Position numbers and translations under genes: made by a program. Source: Candidatus Eiseniibacteriota bacterium (GTDB lineage: Bacteria > Eisenbacteria > RBG-16-71-46). From it: a stretch of DNA of 44,061 nt. Under the pieces are notes generated by a model. It was not told the DNA's origin. It saw nothing but the letters and a program-made list of their open reading frames with translations, and did not search any database. The DNA is taken from positions 1 to 44,061 of the forward strand of contig JANLWX010000222.1 of the NCBI GenBank assembly GCA_031364845.1. The letters run 5' to 3'. Of the stretch, positions 29,546-38,711 are shown one piece after another (the stretch's first letter is position 1; each line of letters starts with the position of its first letter).

Positions 29546-30651
29546 GTGCGGCTCGGTTCCATGGCGGCGATGATCGCATCCGCCATCGCTTCCGTCGATG
29601 CGGGTTCCCGGTCGCCGTCGCGGATCAGGTCCGCCGTGACGACCCGGCCTTCCGCCAGCACTGCGGCGATCGCCGTTTCGAGACGGTCGGCGGCAGCGGT
29701 TTCACCGAGATGACGCAACATCAAAACCCCCGACAGCAGCAAGGCAGTGGGATTCATGCGGCCCGAGCCCGCGAACTGCGGAGCGGAACCATGGACCGGC
29801 TCGAACACCGCGCTCATCACGCCGATGTTGGCTCCGGGTGCCACACCGAGGCCGCCGACCAGGCCCGAGCACAGATCGGAAACGATGTCTCCATAGAGGT
29901 TCGGCAGCACCAGCACGTCGAAGCTGCGCGGAGTCTGCACCAGTCGCATGCACAGCGCATCGACGATCGCTTCTTCGAACTCGATTTGCGGATAGCGGGC
30001 CGCGACCTCGCGCGCCACCGACAGGAACAATCCATCGGTGGTCTTCATGATGTTGGCCTTGTGCACCGCGGTCACCTTCCGGCGTCCGTGCCGCACGGCG
30101 TATTCAAACGCGAACTCCACGATGCGCCGCGAACCGGCCGCCGAGATCGGCTTGAGCGACAACGCCGCGTCCTCGCGGAACGTGCGCCCGAGATGCTGCT
30201 GCACCAGCTCGCGAATGGCCGCGACCGCCGGCGTGCCCGCGTCGAATTCGAGTCCGGCGTAGACGTCCTCGGTGTTCTCGCGCACGACCACGATGTCCAC
30301 ACCCGCGATCGCGGTCGCGATGCCGGGATACGACTTCGCCGGACGCAGACTCGCGTAGAGGTCGAGCTCCGAGCGCAGCGACACGTTCACCGAACGGAAC
30401 CCGCCGCCGATCGGGGTCGTGAGCGGCCCCTTCCAGCCGACGCGCGTGCGGCGCAGCGATTCGATCACGCGCGGCGGAAGCGGCGTGCCGTCCTTCGCGA
30501 TCACGCCGGCTCCCGCATCCTGCACATCCCAGTCGAATCGCACGCCGGTCGCTTCAATGGCGCGCCGGGCGGCGCGCATCAATTCGGGACCGATGCCGTC
30601 GCCGGGAATCAGCGTCACGGCATGGGCGACGGAGTTCGTCACTGACGTCAT
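29542..30651 (-). CDS. Isocitrate/isopropylmalate dehydrogenase family enzyme
   Basis: LIPGDGIGPE, RSVNVSLR, RENTEDVY, HKANIMK, NLYGDIVSD, FEPVHGSAP. Confidence 0.92.
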   Translation of the reverse strand: MTSVTNSVAHAVTLIPGDGIGPELMRAARRAIEATGVRFDWDVQDAGAGVIAKDGTPLPPRVIESLRRTRVGWKGPLTTPIGGGFRSVNVSLRSELDLYASLRPAKSYPGIATAIAGVDIVVVRENTEDVYAGLEFDAGTPAVAAIRELVQQHLGRTFREDAALSLKPISAAGSRRIVEFAFEYAVRHGRRKVTAVHKANIMKTTDGLFLSVAREVAARYPQIEFEEAIVDALCMRLVQTPRSFDVLVLPNLYGDIVSDLCSGLVGGLGVAPGANIGVMSAVFEPVHGSAPQFAGSGRMNPTALLLSGVLMLRHLGETAAADRLETAIAAVLAEGRVVTADLIRDGDREPASTEAMADAIIAAMEPSRT

Positions 30652-32495
30652 GCCGCCCGCCCTTGCTGATCGGCCTGCTTCATCGACCCGCCCGCGCGCA
30701 GCATCGCGAGCCCGTGCTCGTCGAGCCGGTGGGTGAACAACGCCTGGTCGCCGCGCGTGAGATTGCGCACCGTCACCGCAGCGCCCGGCTCGATCCCTTC
30801 GAGCCCGCCGGGCAGTTCCAGTTCGTCGCCCGCCTCGAGCGCCACGTCATCCAGCCCGCCGAACTCGAGCGGCAGGATGCCGGCACGCACCAGATGATCG
30901 GACGCGACGGGCGCCAGGCTGCGCGCGATCACCACGCGCACGCCGAGCCGATCGAGCACCCACGCCGCGAGGTCCGCCTGCGACCCGGTGAGGAACTCGC
31001 GCCCCGCCACCAGCCATCCGCCGCCCGAGCGCGCGGCGCGCGCGGCGAAGTCCGGATCGACCGGAGCGAACGCGAGCGTCGTGAGTACTGCGGGTTCGAG
31101 TGCCGCGGACCGCGGCCCCCACGGAATCACACGCGAGGCGTCGATGTCGTCGCCGGCGCGCAGCAGCACCACGCCGCGGCGCGGAACCGGGCTCGTATTC
31201 ACCGCGCGGGCTTCGTTCGCGGCATGCGGCGCGGGCGGCACGATGCGCGCGGTCGAGGAAATCGCGCGCACGGTTTCGATCGCCATGCCCTCGGCGGGAA
31301 CCACTTCGCGCGGATCCGTGATCACGCCCGACAACGCGGCAGCCGCACAACTCTCGAGGCTCGCGCCCCATACACGCTCGCCCGGACCTCCCGGTGTTCC
31401 GAATTCCAGCACCACGCCCTCGTCGCGCCGCGTCGGAGCGCGGCTGGGAAAGGATTCGAATCGCACACCCGCCTGCTCGAGCCGCTCCCACACTCCGCTC
31501 GCGCGCGCGGCATCGACGATGCAGCGGCTGCCGGGCACGACCGTCACCGGAACGCGAACCCGGTCGCGCACGAGTGTCGCGAGTGCGGCCCAATCTCCGC
31601 TGCCGGCGCCCGAACCGATCACGATGCGCTCGACCGGAACTCCGGCGGCATGCCGCACCGCGCGCAGCGCATCGCGCCCGGCGCCGCATCGCAGCCACGG
31701 CTCGACGCGTTCGAGATCGAGATCGAGCACGGCATCGCTTTCGAGGCCGTCGACCGCGAAGCGCTTCCAATCGGCCTCGCGTCCGTGCACGCGCATCCAC
31801 GCGCGCGTCACTTCGTCGGACGGCAGCACCACGGCGCTCACGCCCAGAACGCCGGCCGAGGCGGCGATCACGAAACGGTCGCGCATCGTGATGCGCTCGA
31901 CTCCGATGCCGCGCAATTCGAGCACGGCGCCGGGCTCTGCTTCGGGGCTGCGTCGTTGAATGTCTGCGACCAGATCGTGGCCGCTCACCCCCGGCACCAG
32001 TTCGCCCGCGACCTGCACGCCGCGCACGACCGGCTCCGCGCGCACCACCGGTGCGCCGGCGAGTGCCGCGGCCGCTTCGATGCGGCTCACGCGCCACGCC
32101 AGCATTCCCAGAGCACCCGCCCGCCCGAAGCCCGCCGCACATCCGACGGCGAACCGTCCGGGCGCTGCGAACGACTCCGCATAAACGTGTGCGCAAAGGC
32201 CCGAACCGGCGCGAGCGAAGTGGAGGCCGCGCTCCGAAGCGGCGCGCTCCAACGTGGCGGCCACATCGCTCGCCGGATCGCCCGTCAGCACGCCGCGTCC
32301 ATCGGCCGCGAGTAGCGCGAAACGCACACGCGCGGGCGAAGCGGTGCCGTGACGGAACGCCCACAGCGCGAACGCGCCTTCGGTTTCGTCGAGCACCACG
32401 TGGCCGGGCGCAAGCCGCCACGGTCCCCGGCCCCGGCGTTCGTCATCGGGATCGCGATGCTGGTCGAGGATCAACTTCGCGAGCGTGCCGCTCAC
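30648..32495 (-). CDS. Single-chain aconitase-like protein lacking Fe-S and catalytic motifs
   Basis: TLAKLIL, GSGLCAHVY, GELVPGVSGHDL, ELRGIGV, MRDRFVIA, PSDEVTRAWM, AAAALSGVITDPR, swivel GDDIDASRVIP, LGVRVVIARS, LVRAGILPLEF, MLRAGG; coupled to the dehydrogenase gene. Confidence 0.8.
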   Translation of the reverse strand: MSGTLAKLILDQHRDPDDERRGRGPWRLAPGHVVLDETEGAFALWAFRHGTASPARVRFALLAADGRGVLTGDPASDVAATLERAASERGLHFARAGSGLCAHVYAESFAAPGRFAVGCAAGFGRAGALGMLAWRVSRIEAAAALAGAPVVRAEPVVRGVQVAGELVPGVSGHDLVADIQRRSPEAEPGAVLELRGIGVERITMRDRFVIAASAGVLGVSAVVLPSDEVTRAWMRVHGREADWKRFAVDGLESDAVLDLDLERVEPWLRCGAGRDALRAVRHAAGVPVERIVIGSGAGSGDWAALATLVRDRVRVPVTVVPGSRCIVDAARASGVWERLEQAGVRFESFPSRAPTRRDEGVVLEFGTPGGPGERVWGASLESCAAAALSGVITDPREVVPAEGMAIETVRAISSTARIVPPAPHAANEARAVNTSPVPRRGVVLLRAGDDIDASRVIPWGPRSAALEPAVLTTLAFAPVDPDFAARAARSGGGWLVAGREFLTGSQADLAAWVLDRLGVRVVIARSLAPVASDHLVRAGILPLEFGGLDDVALEAGDELELPGGLEGIEPGAAVTVRNLTRGDQALFTHRLDEHGLAMLRAGGSMKQADQQGRAA

Positions 32496-32899
32496 GAGCC
32501 CCCGCCGCGCTTCGAACGCTTCTTGCCCGTGGACGAGGAGCGGCCCTTGGAGCTCGCCGCACTCGACGGCGGCGGCGAAGGCGCGGCCGGCTTCGCGGTC
32601 GTGCCGGCCGCGGACGCCGAAGCATCGCCGGACGAGGCGCCCGAGTTTCCTTCAGAGCCCTTCGCCGCGGTGGACTCCGAGGGCGCGTGATCCTGGCGTG
32701 CCTTCTCTTGATATGAGGCGCTGCGGTAGTCGGTGATGTAGAAGCCCGACCCCTTGAAGAGCAGCCCCGCTCCCGCCGACGGAACGCGCTTCGCCTTGCC
32801 CTTGCACTTGGGACAGCGCTGCTGCGTTTCGTCGCTCATGCTGTGGAACACTTCGAAGCGGTGGCCGCACTTGCTGCATTCGTAGTCGTACGTCGGCAT
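32492..32899 (-). CDS. FmdB-family zinc-ribbon protein with low-complexity tail
   Basis: MPTYDYECSKCGHRFE...CPKC...FKGSGFYITDY. Confidence 0.9.
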   Translation of the reverse strand: MPTYDYECSKCGHRFEVFHSMSDETQQRCPKCKGKAKRVPSAGAGLLFKGSGFYITDYRSASYQEKARQDHAPSESTAAKGSEGNSGASSGDASASAAGTTAKPAAPSPPPSSAASSKGRSSSTGKKRSKRGGGS

Positions 32900-32940
32900 T
32901 CGTCACTCCCTGTTGAACCGTGCGCGTGGATCGCGCGCTT

Positions 32941-33948
32941 CTAACTCGCGACCGCGGCCGACGCGCCGAGCGCGCAGGAAATCGTCGCGGTTCCGACGAT
33001 GTCCTCGGCGCTGCATCCGCGCGACAGATCGTTGGCCGGGCGCGCGAGCCCCATCAGCATCGGGCCGTAAGCGCGCGCGCCGCCGAGCCGCTGCACCAGC
33101 TTGTATCCGATGTTGCCGGCATCGAGATCCGGAAAGATCACCACGTTCGCGTGCCCGGCGACGACACTGTCGGGCGCCTTGCGCCGGCCGACGCCGGGAT
33201 CGAGTGCCGCATCCGCCTGCAATTCGCCGTCGATGTGCAGGTCGGGCCGGGCCGCGCGCGCGAGTGCCACCGCTTCGCGCACCTTGTCCACCCGCGGATG
33301 CGCCGCACTGCCACGAGTCGAGAACGAGAGGAACGCCGTGTGCGGCACTTCGCGGGTGAGACGCGCGAAGTGATCCGCCGCCAGGATGCCGATCTCCGCA
33401 AGCTGTGCGGGACTCGGATCCGGCACCACCGCGCAGTCGGCGAACACGATCACGCGTTCGCTGGCGGGCGGGGTCCCGAGCACCATGAGGAAGAACGAAC
33501 TCAGCGTCTTCACCCCCGGAGCGAGTCCGACCAGCCACAGCGAGGCGCGCAGCACATCGCCGGTCGTACGCGTGGCGCCCGCGACGAAACTGTCGGCGAG
33601 TCCGGCGCGCACGCGGGCCGCCGCCTGGAACAATGGATCGCGCGCGAAGCGGTCGCGATCCGCAGGGGTGAGCCGGTCGCCGCGCCGCTCGGCGAGTGCC
33701 GCCGAGGTGCGCTCGATCTCTTCTGCGCCACCCGAATCGATCAGCGTGATGCCGCCGAGCGCCACCCCCGCGCGCCGCGCGATCGCGCGCCCTTCCTCGA
33801 GCGGACCGATCAGGGTGACCTCGGCGATGCGGTCGCGCGTGAGCCGTTCGGCCGCGCGCAGCACGCGCTCATCGCCGGGCTCGGGCAGCAGCAGTCGTTG
33901 CGGGCGCGACGTCGCGGCGCGGCGGATGCGTTCGAGGATCGCGCTCAT
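32941..33948 (-). CDS. pta: Phosphate acetyltransferase (short form)
   Basis: LLLPEPGDERVLRAA, FADCAV, LSFSTRGSA, DGELQADAA, FPDLDAGNIGYK, NDLSRGCS. Confidence 0.93.
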   Translation of the reverse strand: MSAILERIRRAATSRPQRLLLPEPGDERVLRAAERLTRDRIAEVTLIGPLEEGRAIARRAGVALGGITLIDSGGAEEIERTSAALAERRGDRLTPADRDRFARDPLFQAAARVRAGLADSFVAGATRTTGDVLRASLWLVGLAPGVKTLSSFFLMVLGTPPASERVIVFADCAVVPDPSPAQLAEIGILAADHFARLTREVPHTAFLSFSTRGSAAHPRVDKVREAVALARAARPDLHIDGELQADAALDPGVGRRKAPDSVVAGHANVVIFPDLDAGNIGYKLVQRLGGARAYGPMLMGLARPANDLSRGCSAEDIVGTATISCALGASAAVAS

Positions 33949-34598
33949 CGTCCGCGCGGAACCTGCCGCCCGCGGCGCGCGACACGTTTCGCGGCGCCCT
34001 TGGGCACTGCACCCGAACCGGAGGCGGGCTTCGATGCGCTCGCGCGTGGCGCGGCCTTCGCCTTTGCAAGCGGCTTCACGGGGGCCGCAATGATCGGTGG
34101 GCGGTGGGTGACGACGCCGAGCTTCGCACGCTGGCGGTCCTCGACGCTGCGCGGCACCAGGCCGCGCACGGAACCACCGAGTCGCGCCACTTCCTTCACC
34201 AATGTGGAATTGAGGTACGTGTAGTGCTGGCTCGGCATCAGGTAGGCGACCTCGAGTCCGGGCGAGAGTCGGCGGTTCATCAGCGCCATCTGGAACTCGA
34301 ATTCGAAATCGCTCACCGCACGCAGTCCGCGGATCATCACTTGCGCGTCGACGTCGCGCGCGCACGAGACCACGAGCCCGGTGAAGTCGACGACCTCGAC
34401 CGCGCGGATGCTGCGCGTCGCGTGCTGGATCATCTCGACCCGCTCCTCCGCCGAGAACAGCGTCATCTTGGCGGGATTGTGCGCGACCGCGACCACCACG
34501 CGCCGGAACAACCGCGCGGCGCGGCGGGTCAGATCGAGATGGCCATTGGTGAAGGGATCGAACGTGCCGGGAAACAGCGCGGTGGGATGATGATTCAT
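33945..34598 (-). CDS. coaD: Phosphopantetheine adenylyltransferase with basic C-terminal extension
   Basis: GAGGAGG SD; FPGTFDPFTNGHLD, IRGLRAVSDFEFEFQMALMNR, NSTLVKEVA. Confidence 0.96.
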   Translation of the reverse strand: MNHHPTALFPGTFDPFTNGHLDLTRRAARLFRRVVVAVAHNPAKMTLFSAEERVEMIQHATRSIRAVEVVDFTGLVVSCARDVDAQVMIRGLRAVSDFEFEFQMALMNRRLSPGLEVAYLMPSQHYTYLNSTLVKEVARLGGSVRGLVPRSVEDRQRAKLGVVTHRPPIIAAPVKPLAKAKAAPRASASKPASGSGAVPKGAAKRVARRGRQVPRGR

Positions 34599-34608
34599 CG
34601 CGACCTCC

Positions 34609-35166
34609 TCAAGGTTCCGCTCGGCAGACATAAGTGGTGACGGTGGTCTCGCCGTACCGGCGCTGCCGTGAGGACTCGAGCCGCCCGGCCCGCTCCGGCA
34701 TGGATTCCTTTGCATGATGCTCGACCACGACGCGCGCGCCCTCGTTCAAGGTTCCCTCTCCCCCGAGAATCGCGAGGGCCGCTTGCGAGAGCCCCATCTG
34801 ATATGGAGGGTCCAGGAGCACCAGATCGGCGGACGCGAGCACCGCGCGCAACGGCTTCATGCCGAGCTTGAGATCGAGCGCCCAAACCGTTGCCCGATCG
34901 AGCAGTCCCAGCTCCGACAGGTTCCGTTCGAGGACCGCGAGCGCGGGACCGCGCCGCTCGACGAAGTCGGCGTGCGCCGCACCCCGTGACAGCGCCTCGA
35001 TCCCGAGCGCCCCCGAGCCTGCGAAGAGATCCACGACCTTGAGCCCGCCGAATGGTTCGAGCGCCATGAACAGCGCCTCGCGCACCCGATCGGACGTCGG
35101 CCGTGTCTCGCTTCCGCGCGGCGCGTGAAGCCGCCGCCCTCCGAGCACACCCGCAATCACACGCAC
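34609..35166 (-). CDS. rsmD: 16S rRNA m2G966 methyltransferase
   Basis: MRVIAG, TRPTSDRVREALF, DLFAGSGALGIEALSRGA, LDPPY, RRYGET; rsmD-coaD synteny. Confidence 0.95.
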   Translation of the reverse strand: MRVIAGVLGGRRLHAPRGSETRPTSDRVREALFMALEPFGGLKVVDLFAGSGALGIEALSRGAAHADFVERRGPALAVLERNLSELGLLDRATVWALDLKLGMKPLRAVLASADLVLLDPPYQMGLSQAALAILGGEGTLNEGARVVVEHHAKESMPERAGRLESSRQRRYGETTVTTYVCRAEP

Positions 35167-35178
35167 GACAGGCGGGCG

Positions 35179-35207
35179 AGTCTCGTGCACGCGTCGCGGA
35201 GTGTCAA
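35179..35207 (-). promoter_or_regulatory. sigma70-type promoter for the rsmD-coaD-pta operon
   Basis: TTGACA-N17-GAGACT, 12 nt before the rsmD GTG. Confidence 0.55.
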
Positions 35208-35227
35208 CCGCGGCGAGGGGTCGCAGA

Positions 35228-35890
35228 TTACTCGGTCAGGCGCACCACTTCATAGCCCGGCGGCGGCTGGATCACGAACGACTGGCGCCCGCGCGGCTTG
35301 AGGAACGTCCACTGGCGAAAGCGATACATCGAGCGCGCACCCGGCGTCTCCGCCACTTCGAGCCGGATCGGCAGGCCTTCCGCGGACAGCGTGATCCACG
35401 CGCTGTCGGCAAATCCGCCGCGCTCGGCGGCGACGACGATCCAACGCCGGTCGCTCACGCGCCGCGCGTTGAACTCGCCGGGGCCGGGTCCCATCAGCAG
35501 ATCCCACCATCGCGTGATGCCCGCGGCATCGCCCGCGCCCAGCCGGATCATCTGGCGCAGGGCCGGCTGGAGCCATTCGCCGCCATCGGCGCGCACGGTG
35601 ATACGTTCGCCGGTCGCGGGAAACACGATGTCCGCGCGATGCGGCGGCTCGAGTGCCAGCACTCCGCGCATCGCCTGCGTAGTGCCCGAGATCGGATCGA
35701 GCGCCAGGCGTTCTACCTTCACCTCGACCCTGCCGCTCGCGCGCAGTCGGCCGACCAGAACGCGCGTCATCTCGGAAGTGCCCGCCGGCGTTTCCTGGTT
35801 TCCCGCGAACACCACCGAAGCCGCAACGGTCGTGAAACACATGAGCGCCGCGGCCGTGACGCCGCGCGCGGTCCGCGTGATCGTCATCAT
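35228..35890 (-). CDS. LolA-like periplasmic lipoprotein-carrier protein
   Basis: Signal peptide; GVLALEPPHRADIVF, ITVRADGGEWLQPALRQMI, end FVIQPPPGYEVV typical of the LolA fold. Confidence 0.65.
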   Translation of the reverse strand: MMTITRTARGVTAAALMCFTTVAASVVFAGNQETPAGTSEMTRVLVGRLRASGRVEVKVERLALDPISGTTQAMRGVLALEPPHRADIVFPATGERITVRADGGEWLQPALRQMIRLGAGDAAGITRWWDLLMGPGPGEFNARRVSDRRWIVVAAERGGFADSAWITLSAEGLPIRLEVAETPGARSMYRFRQWTFLKPRGRQSFVIQPPPGYEVVRLTE

Positions 35891-36684
35891 AGTTTGCCGA
35901 GCCTCTCGATCGCGCGCTGCAGGTCCTCACGCGTGACGCGTTGCGCATCGTCAGGAACGCTCACTATCAACCGCCCCCGCTCCACGCTGCGCCGGAACTG
36001 AACGCTCTGGACCTTGCACCGCAGGCCATAATCACCGCGGCCATCCTGGATCTCGAATTGCGACGGCCACATCACCCCGTCGAACACGGTCCACGCAACG
36101 TATTCGGCGCGCACCGCGGGACGGTCACCGCGCGAGCGCTCGACCCAGTGCGGCTGCCCGTGGCTGCCGATCGCGATCCGCACGCTGTCCGGTCCTTCGC
36201 TCCAGCGCAGCACCAGCAGCGAGTCCTGCCACACGGCGCGCTTCCATGCGGCCTCGGGCGGCGTCCACGCGGCCGACCACATGCGATATCCGAGTCCGCC
36301 CGGATCCTCCAGACCGAGTGAGTCGCCCGCGCTTGCGGTCTCGAGCACCATGCGGCGCGAAGGAACGTAGGCGACGAACGAGTCGCCGCGCGCCGAGACT
36401 TCGAGCGCCGTGCCGAACAACGATCCCACCCGCAGGCGGAACGCATCGGGAGCCACCAGCACCAGCCGGGCGCTCACGCCCGGCAACTCCGGCAACGCTT
36501 CCCCGCTCACGCGCGCCGTCAGTTCGGCGTCGGCGGCAGCGCGACCGGTGCGCCGTTCGAGTGCCGCTTCGTAGCGCACCCGCCGCGGCGTCTCCGCCAG
36601 ATCCGGCACCGCGATCCGCTGCGGCGCGCATCCGGCGAGGAGCAAGAGAGCAAGCGCGGCGAGCGGACGGAGTTTCAGGCGCAT
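35887..36684 (-). CDS. Outer-membrane lipoprotein, LolB/DUF4292-like
   Basis: MRLKLRPLAALALLLLAG-C lipobox; APDAFRLRVGSLFG, FVAYVPSRR, WPSQFEI beta-rich pattern. Confidence 0.55.
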   Translation of the reverse strand: MRLKLRPLAALALLLLAGCAPQRIAVPDLAETPRRVRYEAALERRTGRAAADAELTARVSGEALPELPGVSARLVLVAPDAFRLRVGSLFGTALEVSARGDSFVAYVPSRRMVLETASAGDSLGLEDPGGLGYRMWSAAWTPPEAAWKRAVWQDSLLVLRWSEGPDSVRIAIGSHGQPHWVERSRGDRPAVRAEYVAWTVFDGVMWPSQFEIQDGRGDYGLRCKVQSVQFRRSVERGRLIVSVPDDAQRVTREDLQRAIERLGKL

Positions 36685-37199
36685 TTGATCTCCAGGGTTT
36701 CCAGCACCAGCCCGGCCACTTCGTCGACGTTGCGGCGGCTGGTGTCGATGCGCGCGATCGCGACCTCGGCGTAAAGCTTCCCGCGTTCGGCGAGCAACTG
36801 GTCGAGGCGCTCGGTCAACGGGCCATCCTGGAGCAGCGGGCGCGTGGCGCGGTCGGTTTCGACACGGCGCGCGGCCTCGGCGATCTCGACATCGAGCCAC
36901 ACCGTGCGGCAGTCGCGAAGCAGCGCGCGGTTCGCTTCCAGCAGCACGATTCCGCCGCCGCACGCGATCACGCCGCTGCCATCGGTGGCGGCGAGCTTCA
37001 GGGCCTCACGCTCGAGTTCGCGGAATGCGGGCTCGCCGTCGCGGGCGAACAGTTCGGAGACCGGGCATCCCGATTGCTCGGCGATGCGCGCATCGAGGTC
37101 CGCGACCTTGGCCTTGAGCTTCTCTCCCAGCGCCCGGGCCACGGCGCTTTTTCCGGCGCCCATCAGCCCGACGAGTGCGATCGATCGTGGTGAGTTCAC
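36675..37199 (-). CDS. aroK: Shikimate kinase
   Basis: IALVGLMGAGKSAV, DLD, GEPAFRELE, IACGGG, TRPLL; pilQ-aroK synteny. Confidence 0.95.
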   Translation of the reverse strand: MNSPRSIALVGLMGAGKSAVARALGEKLKAKVADLDARIAEQSGCPVSELFARDGEPAFRELEREALKLAATDGSGVIACGGGIVLLEANRALLRDCRTVWLDVEIAEAARRVETDRATRPLLQDGPLTERLDQLLAERGKLYAEVAIARIDTSRRNVDEVAGLVLETLEIKCA

Positions 37200-37206
37200 G
37201 TCACGA

Positions 37207-37215
37207 AGCCTAGCA
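37207..37215 (-). promoter_or_regulatory. Extended -10 promoter of aroK, probably leaderless
   Basis: TG-C-TAGGCT with the GTG start 7 nt downstream; follows the pilQ terminator. Confidence 0.5.
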
Positions 37216-37288
37216 CAGCGTTCACCGCGTCCATGGCGCGGGGGCGTGAATTGACGCGGACTTGAGGGCACACGGACCACACAAGCGA

Positions 37289-37318
37289 ACGGGCCGCCGG
37301 AGATTTCCGGCGGCCCGT
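37289..37318 (-). terminator. Hairpin terminator after pilQ
   Basis: 13-bp perfect stem ACGGGCCGCCGGA-aatc-TCCGGCGGCCCGT with a weak T tract. Confidence 0.65.
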
Positions 37319-37337
37319 CATGTTCACGATCGACTCG

Positions 37338-38711
37338 TCAATGGCTTTCGTTGACCGCCGCCGGATTCAGCAGGCGCGGCGTCACGAAGATGATGAGCTC
37401 GCGGTTCTGCTTCACCATGTTGTCGGAGCGGAACATCGCGCCGAGCAGCGGCAGGTCCTTGAGGAACGGAACGCCGCGGCGCACAGTCGAGGTGTTCGTG
37501 CGGATCAGTCCGCCGATCACCGCGGTCTGGCCGTCGTCGACCATCACGCGCGTGTCGGCTTCGCTCGTGTTGATGATGACACCGCCCTGCACCGTGCTCT
37601 GCGCGGACAGGTCGCTGACTTCCGGATGCAGGTCCATGATGATCCGCTTGTCCTGGGTCAGGTGCGGCGTCACCTTGAGCTGGATACCGATCGTCTGCAG
37701 CTGCGACACCGGGTTGCCGGCCACGTCGTTCACGATGAGCGGAATCTTCTGGCCGACGAGAATCTTCGCTTCACGATTGTCGACCGTCGTGATGCGCGGA
37801 TTCGAGATGATGTTGGCCTTGCGATTCTGCTCGAGCAGCTGGAGCTGGGCTTCGAGCGCGCCCCAACCCTTGAAGATGCCGTACGTGACGGTCGCCGCGG
37901 CGTCCGCGATCGAATTGGTCACGTCGCCATTGAGGTTCTGGTTACCGTCGTTGCCCGGATGGACGGGATTCAAGTCCAGCGCCTCACCCGTCAGGGGATC
38001 GGTGTAGTACTTGCTCTCGCCGCCGAGCCGCCAGTCGATGCCCAGGCCGCGCAGCGCCTCGGTGTCGACGTCCACCAGCTTCGCGGTGATCTCGATCTGC
38101 GGCGTCGTCGAGTCCAGATCGTGCGCCATCTTTTCGACCTTCGCCACCGCCTCGTCGAGATCGGTGATGATGATCGAGTTGGTGCGCGCCTCGACATTCA
38201 TGCTTCCACGACGGCTCAGCGACGACTGCAGCGACGCCTGGAGCTCCCGCGCATTCGCGTAGTTGAGTTTCACGATGCGGGTTTCGAGCGGCACCAATTC
38301 CTGCTGCTTGTTGCGCGCCGTCTCGCGATCGAGCGACTCGGTCGACAGCTTCGTCACGTTGTCGACGCGCAGGATTCCGCCTTCTTCGGCGTAATCGAGC
38401 CCGCTGCTGCGCAGGATCGTGCGCAGCGCATCGCGCCACGACACGTCTTTGAGCGTGACGCTGACTTCGGCCTTCACGCCTTCTGCGACGACGATGTTGC
38501 GGCCGCTGAACTCCGCGATCGCCTTGACGACCGTGCGGATGTCCGCGCCGTCGACATCCAGACTGAACGTGCCTTCACCCGTGCGCTCGAGGCCGACTTC
38601 CCTCATCGCCGTAGGCTGATAGGCAGCATGTGCCGGTGCGGCGAGACTCAGACCCAGCGCCGCAACCACACCCAGGAGGCCCGAGAGGACCCTACCGATT
38701 CGCATTCGCAC
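37338..38711 (-). CDS. pilQ: Type IV pilus secretin
   Basis: SLDVDGADIRTVV, VKLNYANA, RTNSIII, PQIEITAKLV, SNPRITTVDNREAKI, DGQTAVIGGL, VPFLKDLPLLGAMFR, ELIIFVTPR. Confidence 0.93.
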   Translation of the reverse strand: MRMRIGRVLSGLLGVVAALGLSLAAPAHAAYQPTAMREVGLERTGEGTFSLDVDGADIRTVVKAIAEFSGRNIVVAEGVKAEVSVTLKDVSWRDALRTILRSSGLDYAEEGGILRVDNVTKLSTESLDRETARNKQQELVPLETRIVKLNYANARELQASLQSSLSRRGSMNVEARTNSIIITDLDEAVAKVEKMAHDLDSTTPQIEITAKLVDVDTEALRGLGIDWRLGGESKYYTDPLTGEALDLNPVHPGNDGNQNLNGDVTNSIADAAATVTYGIFKGWGALEAQLQLLEQNRKANIISNPRITTVDNREAKILVGQKIPLIVNDVAGNPVSQLQTIGIQLKVTPHLTQDKRIIMDLHPEVSDLSAQSTVQGGVIINTSEADTRVMVDDGQTAVIGGLIRTNTSTVRRGVPFLKDLPLLGAMFRSDNMVKQNRELIIFVTPRLLNPAAVNESH

